Source of the DNA: Candidatus Omnitrophota bacterium
Lineage (GTDB): Bacteria > Omnitrophota > Gorgyraeia > VGKH01
NCBI GenBank assembly: GCA_022703055.1
Contig: JAKLEP010000002.1
Location: 224,480 to 288,479 of the forward strand
Length of the DNA stretch: 64,000 nucleotides
Direction of reading: 5' to 3'
Shown here: positions 55,400 through 64,000 of the stretch, piece by piece
Position numbering within the stretch: position 1 is the first letter of the stretch
Layout of the letters: the number at the start of each line of letters is the position of its first letter
Made by a program: the position numbers and the translations under genes
Notes under the pieces: model-generated
The model's input: only the letters and a program-made list of their open reading frames with translations
Told to the model about the DNA's origin: nothing
The model's database searches: none

Positions 55400-56443
55400 A
55401 TGCTTTCCCGAATAAAAAATAATATCGACAAGAATTTAAAGACTTTCGTAGCAAAAATCGACAAACTGTATTCTATAAGCGCTATTTCTCCCCTTTTATT
55501 TCAATGCATCAAGGATTTTGTCTTAAGGGACGGAAAAAGAGTACGCCCCATCCTTTTTGTGACCGGATACCTTGGCTATGCCAAAAAAGCTGCTTCCGAT
55601 CTCTATACCAGCGCCCTCTCGATTGAGCTCTTGCATGATTTTATGCTCGTCCACGACGACATAATCGATAAATCAGCCACGCGCAGAGGCAAACCTTCAA
55701 TGCATGAATTGCTGAATAAGCATCTAAAAAAATACAAAAATATAAAATTTAACGGTCAAGACTTAAGTATTGTGGTCGGGGATGTCATGTATGCAACGGC
55801 CATTAACGCTTTTCTTACAATCAACGAAAACATGGAACGCAAAGAAAAGGCGCTGAAGAAATTCATAGAGGCTGCTATCTATACTGGAAGCGGAGAATTT
55901 ATCGAGCTTATTAACGGTGCCAAGGCTATAGAAAAAGTTACTAAACAGGACATTGACAAAATTTACGACTATAAAACTGCCCGCTATACATTTTCTACGC
56001 CTTTAACTATCGGAGCGATTCTTGCCGGTTCCAAAGACAGTGAAATTAACAAACTTTTCAAATTTGGAATTTATCTGGGGCGGGCTTTTCAGATACAGGA
56101 TGATATCCTAGGCATGTTCGGGGATGAAAGAAAAATAGGCAAATCCACTCTTTCCGATTTACAGGAATCTAAGAAAACTCTGCTTATCTGGCATGCCTAT
56201 AATAATGCGGAAAGAAAAAATAAAATAATAATCAAATACATTCTCTCGAAGAATAATATTTTCAAAAAAGACCTGCTAACCATGCGTAGAATAGTAAAAG
56301 ACTCGGGATCGTTGGAATACTGCCAAGATGAAATTGCAAAACTAAAACAAAAATCCCTGCTATTACTTTCCTCATTAAAAATGCGGTCAGCTTACAGAAA
56401 CTCACTAAGCATTTACTGTAATTCAATACTTAAAAATTTATGA
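55400..56443 (+). CDS. Polyprenyl diphosphate synthase (trans-IPPS)
   Basis: 347 aa with FARM (LVHDDIID) and SARM (FQIQDDILG) motifs. Confidence 0.85.
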   Translation: MLSRIKNNIDKNLKTFVAKIDKLYSISAISPLLFQCIKDFVLRDGKRVRPILFVTGYLGYAKKAASDLYTSALSIELLHDFMLVHDDIIDKSATRRGKPSMHELLNKHLKKYKNIKFNGQDLSIVVGDVMYATAINAFLTINENMERKEKALKKFIEAAIYTGSGEFIELINGAKAIEKVTKQDIDKIYDYKTARYTFSTPLTIGAILAGSKDSEINKLFKFGIYLGRAFQIQDDILGMFGDERKIGKSTLSDLQESKKTLLIWHAYNNAERKNKIIIKYILSKNNIFKKDLLTMRRIVKDSGSLEYCQDEIAKLKQKSLLLLSSLKMRSAYRNSLSIYCNSILKNL

Positions 56444-57279
56444 AAATTAATTTAGCAAAATCTGCTGGCTTTTGTTTTGGGGTAAGGCGCGCCCTAAATA
56501 TTGCTTTAAATTCTGTCAAATCCGATACTAAAATTCAAATGCTAGGAGATATCGTCCATAATGAAGATGTGGTCAGGGCGATAAAACGCCTTGGTATTGA
56601 AAAAATCGATAAGCTTAGAAAAGTAAAAAATAAAACCTTGTTAATTCGTGCCCATGGTATGCCTCTTAAAACTTTTGAAAAAGCTCAGATACTCGGCTAT
56701 AAAATAATAGACGCAACTTGCCCGATGGTTAAAGAAATTCATAAAACTGCTCGCGATGCTGAATTAAAAGGATATAAGATTATAGTTATCGGCGACAAAA
56801 ATCACGATGAAGTAAAAGGAATCATCGGCCAATTAAAAAATGAGGCTGTCGTTATCGATAAACCAACAAACATCCCTTTTAGAAAAATTAAAGGGATAAA
56901 AAAAGCTGCAGTCATAGTCCAGTCAACTCAAAATATCGAAAATGCCCTAAAAATTGTCAAAAAGTTAAAACAATGCATTAAAAATCTAAGGTTTTTTAAC
57001 ACTATCTGTCGTCCCACCAGAATAAAACAGCAAGAAATAAGGATCATGCCCCTCAAAAACGATGTCATGGTCATCATCGGCTCAAAAACTAGTGCTAATA
57101 CTAAAAGATTATATGAAATATCCAAGTCTTTAAATCCGAAAACATTCTGGATCCAATCAAAAAATGACATTAAAAAAGAGTGGTTTAGAGGCGCCAAAAA
57201 AGTCGGGATTACAGCCGGAGCCTCAACGCCAGATTACACAACAAACAAAGTCATTAAATTTATAAAAGAAAGACTTTAA
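56440..57279 (+). CDS. ispH: 4-hydroxy-3-methylbut-2-enyl diphosphate reductase
   Basis: 279 aa. It has AGFCFGVRRA, conserved Cys (ATCPMV, NTICRPT) and the C-terminal ITAGASTP. Confidence 0.9.
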   Translation: MKINLAKSAGFCFGVRRALNIALNSVKSDTKIQMLGDIVHNEDVVRAIKRLGIEKIDKLRKVKNKTLLIRAHGMPLKTFEKAQILGYKIIDATCPMVKEIHKTARDAELKGYKIIVIGDKNHDEVKGIIGQLKNEAVVIDKPTNIPFRKIKGIKKAAVIVQSTQNIENALKIVKKLKQCIKNLRFFNTICRPTRIKQQEIRIMPLKNDVMVIIGSKTSANTKRLYEISKSLNPKTFWIQSKNDIKKEWFRGAKKVGITAGASTPDYTTNKVIKFIKERL

Positions 57280-57339
57280 ATACCTCTTTTCGGATCATTT
57301 CGTTAAAGATTAGATATTCCAACAGGAACAAAAATATCC

Positions 57340-57368
57340 TTGCCATAAGAAGTTGTTATTAATATAAT
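57340..57368 (+). promoter_or_regulatory. Candidate promoter for the symporter operon (TTGCCA-17 nt-TATAAT)
   Basis: Hexamers at 57340-57345 and 57363-57368. The ~85-nt leader contains the hairpin TTTGCTTT-AACAC-AAAGCAAA. Confidence 0.45.
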
Positions 57369-57457
57369 ATACGAAAGTGTATTCTTGCCTATTTTGCTTT
57401 AACACAAAGCAAATTTATATATAACTCAATAAAAACATATCAATTAAGGAGGTGTGT

Positions 57458-57628
57458 ATGTTCGGGATTCAAGATCCTGGAGTGTGGCTAGCATATCTTC
57501 TCTGCATCTTAAGCGTCGTTTTCTGTATTATCTATGGATTCATCAATTGGAACAAAGGCGATGAACCAATCCGCGCCGAAGATAAAAAATGGGTCGATGA
57601 CGAAAAAGAAGTTGAGGATAAATTATAG
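57458..57628 (+). CDS. Small membrane accessory protein of a sodium:solute symporter
   Basis: Hand translation gives MFGIQDPGVWLAYLLCILSVVFCIIYGFINWNKGDEPIRAEDKKWVDDEKEVEDKL* (56 aa). It has one TM helix, is preceded by AAGGAGG, and lies 18 nt upstream of the symporter. Confidence 0.55.
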   Translation: MFGIQDPGVWLAYLLCILSVVFCIIYGFINWNKGDEPIRAEDKKWVDDEKEVEDKL

Positions 57629-57646
57629 GTCTTATAAGGAGGCGAA

Positions 57647-59248
57647 ATGGATAATATCCTTATCCTGACAATAGTTGTAGTCGCATATCTTTTTATCATT
57701 GGATATCTGGGTTATTATGGTTACCGCAAAACCAAAACCGCACTAGATTATTTAGTGGCCGGAAGGAATATTCATCCCGTTGTAATGGCCATTTCCTATG
57801 GAGCTACATTTATCAGCACGTCGGCGATAGTAGGTTTCGGCGGCGCTGCTGGAATGTTCGGCATGGGTCTTTTATGGTTAACTTTTTTGAATATCTTCGT
57901 AGGCATCATTATTGCCTTTATATTATTTGGAAAACGCACGCGTAAAATGGGCCATAATCTCGATGCCCATACCTTCCCGGAACTCATCGGAAAAAGATTC
58001 AGATCTCCCTTTATCCAGGGTTTCAGCGGATTAACAATCTTTTTGTTCATGCCTTTATATGCTGCCGCGGTTTTAATCGGAGCGGCCCGTTTTATCGAAA
58101 CCACATTTTCTACCCAAATAAATTATAACGTTGCCCTTCTTATTTATACCTTGATTATCAGCGCTTATGTTTTAGCGGGCGGATTAAAAGGTGTCATGTA
58201 TACTGATGCTGTTCAGGGAGCAATCATGTTTGTCGGTATGTCCATTCTCTTAATTTTTACCTACTCTAAATTAGGCGGAATTATTGCCGCTCATCAGGCT
58301 TTAGGCGCCATCACCGATAAAGTCCCTGCCAAGCTTGTTGCTATCGGCCATTTAGGATGGACCAGCATGCCCAAGTTTGGCTCTAATCTATGGTGGACTT
58401 TGGTCTCAACGATTGTCATGGGAGTTGGAGTCGGAGTCCTCACTCAGCCTCAATTGGCGGTACGTTTTATGACTGTAAAAAGCAACAAAGAAATCAACCG
58501 CGGCGTTGCTGTTGGCGGACTCTTTATTCTTATGATGACTGGCGTTGCTTTTATTGTCGGTGCCCTTTCTAATGTGTACTTCTTAAACAACCCAAATTTT
58601 GGCAAGATTTCATTAGAGGTCGCCGGTGGTAATGTCGATAAGATCATCCCTACATACATCAACAGTGCTTTGCCTGTTTGGTTTGTCTATGTCTTTATGA
58701 TGACACTTTTATCTGCTGCCATGTCTACTTCAAGCTCACAATTCCATTCTCTGGGAACAGCCATAGGCAGAGATTTCTTTGAAAGGATTATTTTAAGAGG
58801 TAAACAATCTCCCTACACTGTTTTAATCACCAGAATAGGAATAATTATAGGCGTATTAGTCACTGTTGCCCTTGGTTACAGACTTCCCGGCAGTATTATT
58901 GCGGTCGCGACAGCGATTTTCTTCGGCCTCTGCGCCAATGCCTTCCTCCCCACCTATATCGGGGCATTATTCTGGAAAGGCATGACTAAGACAGGAGCTA
59001 TCGCTAGTATTCTGACCGGAACATTCGGTACTATTTTATGGCTATTATTTATACACCAAAAGGAATCTGAAGCATTAGGATTATGCAAATTATTATTCAA
59101 CAAACCGACCTTGGCGAGTTTTCCATGGGTGGTAGTTGATCCAATCGTAGCGATACTTCCTATTTCTCTCATCGTAGCAATTGTGGTCAGCTTAATGACC
59201 AAAAAGCCATCTAAGGAACATCTCGATAACTGCTTTAGGCATTTTTAA
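57647..59248 (+). CDS. Sodium:solute symporter (SSS family)
   Basis: 533 aa with about 13 TM segments. The N-terminus (DYLVAGRN) is typical of SSS transporters. AAGGAGG lies upstream. Confidence 0.85.
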   Translation: MDNILILTIVVVAYLFIIGYLGYYGYRKTKTALDYLVAGRNIHPVVMAISYGATFISTSAIVGFGGAAGMFGMGLLWLTFLNIFVGIIIAFILFGKRTRKMGHNLDAHTFPELIGKRFRSPFIQGFSGLTIFLFMPLYAAAVLIGAARFIETTFSTQINYNVALLIYTLIISAYVLAGGLKGVMYTDAVQGAIMFVGMSILLIFTYSKLGGIIAAHQALGAITDKVPAKLVAIGHLGWTSMPKFGSNLWWTLVSTIVMGVGVGVLTQPQLAVRFMTVKSNKEINRGVAVGGLFILMMTGVAFIVGALSNVYFLNNPNFGKISLEVAGGNVDKIIPTYINSALPVWFVYVFMMTLLSAAMSTSSSQFHSLGTAIGRDFFERIILRGKQSPYTVLITRIGIIIGVLVTVALGYRLPGSIIAVATAIFFGLCANAFLPTYIGALFWKGMTKTGAIASILTGTFGTILWLLFIHQKESEALGLCKLLFNKPTLASFPWVVVDPIVAILPISLIVAIVVSLMTKKPSKEHLDNCFRHF

Positions 59249-59290
59249 TAAGTGTGCTTCTAACCATTATTGGATTTGAAAGGAGGTTAC

Positions 59291-60619
59291 ATGCGTAAGA
59301 AGCTAGCTTTGTATTGTTTTACTTTAGCTTTAGCGTTTGCCATTAATTCCATACCGGCATCTGCTGAAGTCACATCAAAATGGGGTTCAGCCTTTAGGTT
59401 GAGACACGAACTCTGGAAAAACTGGAAAGATATGGATAGCGACCAGCTTGATAACCGCAATTTTTTCCGTTTCAAGAACTCGATATGGGGACAACTAAAT
59501 TTTGACAAAACCCAGAGTTTATACGCCAAACTTACCAATGAATTCAAGGCCTATACTTATCTTGCCCCCTCAACCACTAAGACCGATAAAGCTTTCCATT
59601 TTGACATCGATGAAGTTTTCTTTGATAATCTATATGCAGACTTAAATAACTTTCTTGATCTACCCGTTGATTTACGCGTGGGAAGGCAGGATTTCCTAGG
59701 AACTTATGGAGAAGGTTTTCTGATTATGGATGGCACGCCTCAAGACGGGTCGCGTTCATTCTATTTCAATGCCATAAAAGCTGCTTGGAAAACTAACGAT
59801 AAAAATAGCGTTGATTTTATCTATACTAAAAACCCCAGAGACGACACCTATCTTCCGATTATAAACGAAAACAAAACACCTCAGAATCTTAACACAACCG
59901 ACGAAGAAGCATATATTTTATACTGGAAAAACAAAGACATAAAAGATATTGCTCTGGAAAATTATTATATATTAAAACGCGAAGATGATGATAGCGGCGC
60001 TGGCTACCAGGCTCAAAAAGGTACCATTAATACCTTCGGGAGCTTTGCGAAATACAACCTTGCCCCATTCACTCTTAGAGGGCAGCTAGCTTATCAAAAT
60101 GGTGATTACGGCGACAACGACAGAGATGCAATCGGCGGTTACGTCTACGTGGATAGGGATTTTGCAAAAGCCAAGATGGCACCTAAAGTAAGTCTTGGCT
60201 ATATATATCTTTCCGGCGATGACCGAGACACCACTAAAAACGAAGGCTGGGATCCTCTATTCTCACGTTGGCCATGGTTATCAGAACTATACGTCTTGAG
60301 CATGTCTGCAGAAACCGGAATATCCGGCTATTGGACAAACTTAACTGCATGGAGAATGGAATTCTCAATAAAGCCAACAGAGAAAACCAAGCTTTCTCTT
60401 TGGTATAACTACTTAAGGGCTAATGAAACCACTGCTGCTGGTTCAATTCTTTCAGGAGACAATAAAGACAGAGGCCACCTGCCGCAAGCAAGACTTGATT
60501 ATGCAATCAATAAGAATTGCAATGCCTACATATTGGCTGAATATCTTTTCCCTGGAAAATATTACGCCAATGATAGCGGCGGTTTATTCTTAAGAACTGA
60601 ACTCGCGATAAAATTCTAA
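59291..60619 (+). CDS. Outer-membrane beta-barrel, alginate-export (AlgE-like) family
   Basis: The start is placed at MRKKLALY (ATG 59291) after AGGAGG. It has a signal peptide (...SIPASA), an LRVGRQDF motif, alternating beta-strand patterns and a C-terminal aromatic residue (AIKF). Confidence 0.6.
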   Translation: MRKKLALYCFTLALAFAINSIPASAEVTSKWGSAFRLRHELWKNWKDMDSDQLDNRNFFRFKNSIWGQLNFDKTQSLYAKLTNEFKAYTYLAPSTTKTDKAFHFDIDEVFFDNLYADLNNFLDLPVDLRVGRQDFLGTYGEGFLIMDGTPQDGSRSFYFNAIKAAWKTNDKNSVDFIYTKNPRDDTYLPIINENKTPQNLNTTDEEAYILYWKNKDIKDIALENYYILKREDDDSGAGYQAQKGTINTFGSFAKYNLAPFTLRGQLAYQNGDYGDNDRDAIGGYVYVDRDFAKAKMAPKVSLGYIYLSGDDRDTTKNEGWDPLFSRWPWLSELYVLSMSAETGISGYWTNLTAWRMEFSIKPTEKTKLSLWYNYLRANETTAAGSILSGDNKDRGHLPQARLDYAINKNCNAYILAEYLFPGKYYANDSGGLFLRTELAIKF

Positions 60620-60648
60620 AACTGTTTTAAAAGTAAATTGGTTTTAAA

Positions 60649-60694
60649 GCGGGGCTTCGAGATGAAATCTCGAAGCCCCGCGACATCTCTTTTT
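60649..60694 (+). terminator. Rho-independent terminator
   Basis: 15-bp perfect stem GCGGGGCTTCGAGAT-GAA-ATCTCGAAGCCCCGC (60649-60681), followed by CTCTTTTT. Confidence 0.75.
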
Positions 60695-60695
60695 C

Positions 60696-62435
60696 ATGAA
60701 TAATAAAACAATCCTACGCAAAAAATTGGCTTTTCTTTCAGGAGATGAAGCGGTCGCACAAGGTGCATTCGAAGAAGGATTAAAAGTAGCAGCTTCATAT
60801 CCGGGAACTCCCGCATCGGAAATCCTCGAATACCTATCTCGATTCAACGAAATAGACGCTCAATGGTCGGTAAATGAAAAAGTTGCTTTTGAGGTCGCTT
60901 TAAGCGCCTCCATTGCCGGCTTACGTTCTCTTTACGCCTCTAAGCATGTAGGCCTGAATGTGGCGATGGATGCCCTTATGACTTCCGCCTACATAGGCGT
61001 CAATGCCGGTTTTGTCATAGTATCATGTGATGACCCGGGAATTCACTCTTCGCAAAATGAACAAGATAACCGATTGCTGGCAAAAATCGCGCAGATCCCT
61101 CTTATCGAACCATCAAGCCCCGCTGAAGCCAAAGAATTCGTTAAAACAGCTTTTAAGATAAGCGAACAATTTGATACTCCGGTTATGGTGCGCCTTACCA
61201 CCAGGATCGCCCACACTAAAGAAAATATAACTCTAGAGGCAAGAAAAGAAATCCCCAATAAAGCATTCGAGGTAAATATCCCGAAATATGTCATGGTCCC
61301 GCGTAATGCCTACCAAAGACATATCGAGCTTTTAAAACGAATCACAAAACTGCAAAAATACGCGGAGACGACTCCTCTAAACAGTGTTGAATTAAATAAT
61401 AAAAAAATCGGCTTCATAACTAGTAGCGTTTCCTATCTCTACGTAAAAGAAATGTTCCCTGATGCTTCATTTCTTAAACTAGGACTCAGCTTTCCTTTTC
61501 CCGAAAATAAAGCCAAAGAATTCGCTAGGAAAATAAAAGAACTTTACGTCATCGAAGAGCTTGAGCCTTATCTGGAAGAACAAATAAGAATGCTGGGAAT
61601 AAAATGCAAAACCAAACATCCTTCCTATCGCATCGGAGAACTCAAACCCGAATTTATTCCTGAAATTGTAAAGGGCAAACCTAAGATTGAAGAGCCATAT
61701 TCTGCGAGAAAACCGGTGATGTGCCCGGGCTGCCCGCATCGCATGGTCTTTGCCGTATTAAAAAAATTAAAAGCCGTGGCTACGGGAGATATCGGCTGCT
61801 ACACATTAGGAGCCCTACCCCCTTTAGCAAGTTTACATACATGCCTTTGCATGGGGGCTGCGGTAAGTTTTCTGGAAGGATTCAAGAAAGGCGTGGATAA
61901 AAACGTGGTCGCAGTCATCGGCGATTCAACCTTTGTGCATGCCGGGATTCCTGCACTCATCAATTTAAGCTATAACAAAACCAAAGGCCTGGTTATTATT
62001 CTTGATAACTCCACTACAGCTATGACCGGCGGCCAACCCCATCCAGCTACCGGGCTAACTATAAAAGGACAAACTACAAAGAAACTAATCTTAGAGGATG
62101 TATGCCGCGCCTGCGGCGTCGACAATGTCGATGTAATCGATCCTTACAAAATCAAAGAATTAGAAGAACTGATAAAAAAACGAATTAATGAAGATGCCCT
62201 CTCGGTGGTTATCGCTAGAAGGCCCTGCCAGCTTATCGCAATAAACAAAAATTTTGCACCTTCATTTGATAAAGAAAAATGCAAGAATTGTTATTTGTGT
62301 TTATCTATAAACTGTCCGGCAATCACTAAATTGGACGATGGTTCTATCGAAATAAATAAAGATTACTGCTGCGGCTGCAACCTTTGCGTGGAGGTTTGCG
62401 CGCCAAAAGCCCTAACGAAAAATGAAAAAAGTTGA
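60696..62435 (+). CDS. iorA: Indolepyruvate:ferredoxin oxidoreductase, alpha subunit
   Basis: 579 aa. It has LSGDEAVAQGA, the TPP-binding GDSTF...N and a C-terminal 2x[4Fe-4S] ferredoxin domain (CKNCYLC...CP; CCGCNLCVEVC). Confidence 0.9.
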   Translation: MNNKTILRKKLAFLSGDEAVAQGAFEEGLKVAASYPGTPASEILEYLSRFNEIDAQWSVNEKVAFEVALSASIAGLRSLYASKHVGLNVAMDALMTSAYIGVNAGFVIVSCDDPGIHSSQNEQDNRLLAKIAQIPLIEPSSPAEAKEFVKTAFKISEQFDTPVMVRLTTRIAHTKENITLEARKEIPNKAFEVNIPKYVMVPRNAYQRHIELLKRITKLQKYAETTPLNSVELNNKKIGFITSSVSYLYVKEMFPDASFLKLGLSFPFPENKAKEFARKIKELYVIEELEPYLEEQIRMLGIKCKTKHPSYRIGELKPEFIPEIVKGKPKIEEPYSARKPVMCPGCPHRMVFAVLKKLKAVATGDIGCYTLGALPPLASLHTCLCMGAAVSFLEGFKKGVDKNVVAVIGDSTFVHAGIPALINLSYNKTKGLVIILDNSTTAMTGGQPHPATGLTIKGQTTKKLILEDVCRACGVDNVDVIDPYKIKELEELIKKRINEDALSVVIARRPCQLIAINKNFAPSFDKEKCKNCYLCLSINCPAITKLDDGSIEINKDYCCGCNLCVEVCAPKALTKNEKS

Positions 62436-62907
62436 TACTATGAATGTTCTTTTTTGCGGCTCCGGCGGACAAGGAGTGCTAAAAGCCTCCGAGATCTTAG
62501 GCTGGGCTGCGGTATTCGAAGGCTACCATGTAAAAAAATCAGAAGTCCACGGCATGGCCCAGCGCGGCGGCTCGGTCGAATCGCATTTAAGATTCGGAAA
62601 AGAAGTCTTCTCTCCTCTAATACCCGAAGGTGAAGCAGACTTTTTAATCAGCTTTGATTCATCTGAAAATAATCGATTAAAACATTTCTTAAGTCCGAAA
62701 GGAACTGACCTTATAAAATATCTGGATAAAGCCAAAAAATCAATTCACGACAAACGCTACATCAATACATTTCTAATTGGCGTATTGTCAGGATTCCTGC
62801 CGATAAAAGAAAACAATTGGTTAGAAGCCATAAAATTAGTATTTTCCAATAAAAATCTCGAAGAAAACACAAAAATATTCTTTCAAGGAAGAGGTGAAAT
62901 ATTATGA
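62422..62907 (+). CDS. iorB: Indolepyruvate:ferredoxin oxidoreductase, beta subunit
   Basis: 161 aa with GSGGQGVL and HGMAQRGG motifs. An alternative start at MNVLF (62440) lies 4 nt after the iorA stop. Confidence 0.85.
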   Translation: MKKVDTMNVLFCGSGGQGVLKASEILGWAAVFEGYHVKKSEVHGMAQRGGSVESHLRFGKEVFSPLIPEGEADFLISFDSSENNRLKHFLSPKGTDLIKYLDKAKKSIHDKRYINTFLIGVLSGFLPIKENNWLEAIKLVFSNKNLEENTKIFFQGRGEIL

Positions 62908-64000
62908 TTTGGAATGAAGCAATGGAATGCGCTGATCCAAAAGACCTAAAGGGCATTCAATCACAGCGCCTAAAAGAAATCGTGGCTTATATATATAAAA
63001 ATTGCCCTCCCCTAAAAGCAAAGCTTGATGCGGCCAAAATATCCCCCAAAGATATTAATTCTATCGATGATATTACCAAACTTCCCTTTACTACCAAAAA
63101 TGATATGCGCGATAATTATCCTTTCGGGCTATTTTCTCTGCCGCTAAAAGAATTCAAAGAAATACACGTCTCAAGCGGCACAACCGGGAATCCCACGGTT
63201 GTTGGCTATACCAAAGAAGATATTGAGCTCTGGTCGGAAGTAATGGCTAGAGTTCTATGCTGCGCTGGCGCAAATCCCAATGATATGATCCAGATCGCCT
63301 ATGGCTACGGCCTTTTTACCGGCGGATTGGGATTCCATTACGGCGCCTTAAAAATGGGTCTTACCATCCTTCCTGCTTCATCCGGCCAGACAAAACGACA
63401 ATTAAAACTCATGACTGATTTTAAACCCGGGATTTTGGCCTGTACTCCCAGCTACTGCTTATATATGGCTGAAGAAGCCAGGGATTTAGGAATCAACCCC
63501 AAGGAAGGTAGCTGGAAAGTGGGAATTTTTGGCGCTGAGCCCTGGAGCGAATCAATGCGAAAAGAAATTGAAGCTACCTGGAATATGTTGGCAACTGATG
63601 TCTATGGACTCTCGGAAATCATCGGTCCAGGCGTCGCTCAAGAATGCCAGTATAAAGACGGATTGCACATCTTTTCTGATGTTTTTTACCCTGAAGTAAT
63701 TAATGCAGAAACTGGCCAGCCCGTAAAAGAAGGCGAAAAAGGAGAACTGGTTATCACGACACTTACCAAACGCGGAATGCCTCTTCTACGTTATCGCACT
63801 AGAGACATCGTCAGTATCAAATACGAAAAATGCCGTTGCGGCAGGACTTCTCCGCGCGTCAGCAAAATCACCGGAAGGACCGACGACATGATAATAGTAC
63901 GCGGCATAAACGTCTTCCCTTCCCAAATCGAACATGTGCTTTTGGGAATTGAAGGCACCCAGCCGCACTATCAGCTTATCGTCGATAGAAAAACTGGCGA
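62904..64000 (+). CDS. paaK: Phenylacetate-CoA ligase (PaaK family), 3' end beyond the window
   Basis: Absent from the track because it is truncated. Hand translation gives MIWNEAMECADPKDLKGIQSQRLKEIV...HVSSGTTGNPTVVGYT...YGLSEIIGPGVA...GRTDDMIIVRGINVFP. The start overlaps the iorB stop as ATGA. Confidence 0.9.
   Translation, partial: MIWNEAMECADPKDLKGIQSQRLKEIVAYIYKNCPPLKAKLDAAKISPKDINSIDDITKLPFTTKNDMRDNYPFGLFSLPLKEFKEIHVSSGTTGNPTVVGYTKEDIELWSEVMARVLCCAGANPNDMIQIAYGYGLFTGGLGFHYGALKMGLTILPASSGQTKRQLKLMTDFKPGILACTPSYCLYMAEEARDLGINPKEGSWKVGIFGAEPWSESMRKEIEATWNMLATDVYGLSEIIGPGVAQECQYKDGLHIFSDVFYPEVINAETGQPVKEGEKGELVITTLTKRGMPLLRYRTRDIVSIKYEKCRCGRTSPRVSKITGRTDDMIIVRGINVFPSQIEHVLLGIEGTQPHYQLIVDRKTG

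Noticed and set aside
60644-60847. 67-aa minus-strand ORF overlapping the terminator and the iorA 5' end.
   Set aside because: It is antisense to the well-supported iorA N-terminus and runs through the terminator hairpin. It has no SD or family features.
1-64000. Window-wide look for defence systems, toxin-antitoxin pairs, prophage, transposons, DGR/retron reverse transcriptases, and rRNA, tmRNA, RNase P or SRP RNAs in the gaps.
   Set aside because: No candidate ORFs or conserved RNA cores were recognised. All intergenic gaps are under 200 nt and are accounted for by promoters, terminators or the leaders listed above.

Overview
This is a gene-dense, low-GC window with about 70 CDS and 3 tRNAs. 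It has no rRNA, CRISPR array, transposase, integrase, phage gene or recognisable defence gene. The content points to an anaerobic diderm bacterium: rubrerythrin, FeoAB, a VIT1-like transporter, GTP-dependent PEPCK, Pta/AckA and IorAB-PaaK, plus a secretin and AsmA/TamB-like envelope proteins. The phylum cannot be fixed from this window; an uncultivated Omnitrophota- or Elusimicrobiota-like lineage is only a guess.

Genes run on the minus strand from 1 to 55.3 kb, except a TamB-like gene at 31.1-33.6 kb, and on the plus strand from 55.4 kb onward.

Main blocks:
- 1-2.8 kb: miaB plus an AT-rich two-gene cassette.
- 2.8-19 kb: ion and iron transport and central metabolism.
- 20-29 kb: purC, pckG, lipA, def, panD, ackA and a split pta.
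- 29.5-31 kb: a tRNA-Pro/Arg/His cluster with a protein gene wedged between the tRNAs.
- 33.5-40.9 kb: rdgB, greA, rph, class I fumarase, queFECD, murI and an amidase.
- 41-52.5 kb: a 13-gene T2SS-like cluster.
- 52.9-57.3 kb: a quinone/isoprenoid module.
- 57.4-60.6 kb: a symporter plus outer-membrane channel operon.
- 60.7-64 kb: iorAB-paaK.

The most system-like candidate is the T2SS-like cluster (40988-52511). It combines T2SS-type pseudopilins with a T4P-type PilM/N/O platform. It has an internal consensus promoter with a palindrome, an HTH-only MerR-like protein, a short ExeA, and Ala instead of Gly at the prepilin cleavage site. No prepilin peptidase is present.

Other points worth a second look:
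- an orphan methylthiotransferase 5' fragment that marks a cassette insertion;
- a PurF paralogue with Ser in place of the catalytic Cys;
- a protein gene packed between tRNAs;
- a pseudoknot candidate between queD and queC with preQ1 riboswitch-like topology;
- several near-leaderless or SD-less starts in a genome that otherwise uses strong GGAGG sites.

All homology calls rest on motif recognition by eye. No searches were run.
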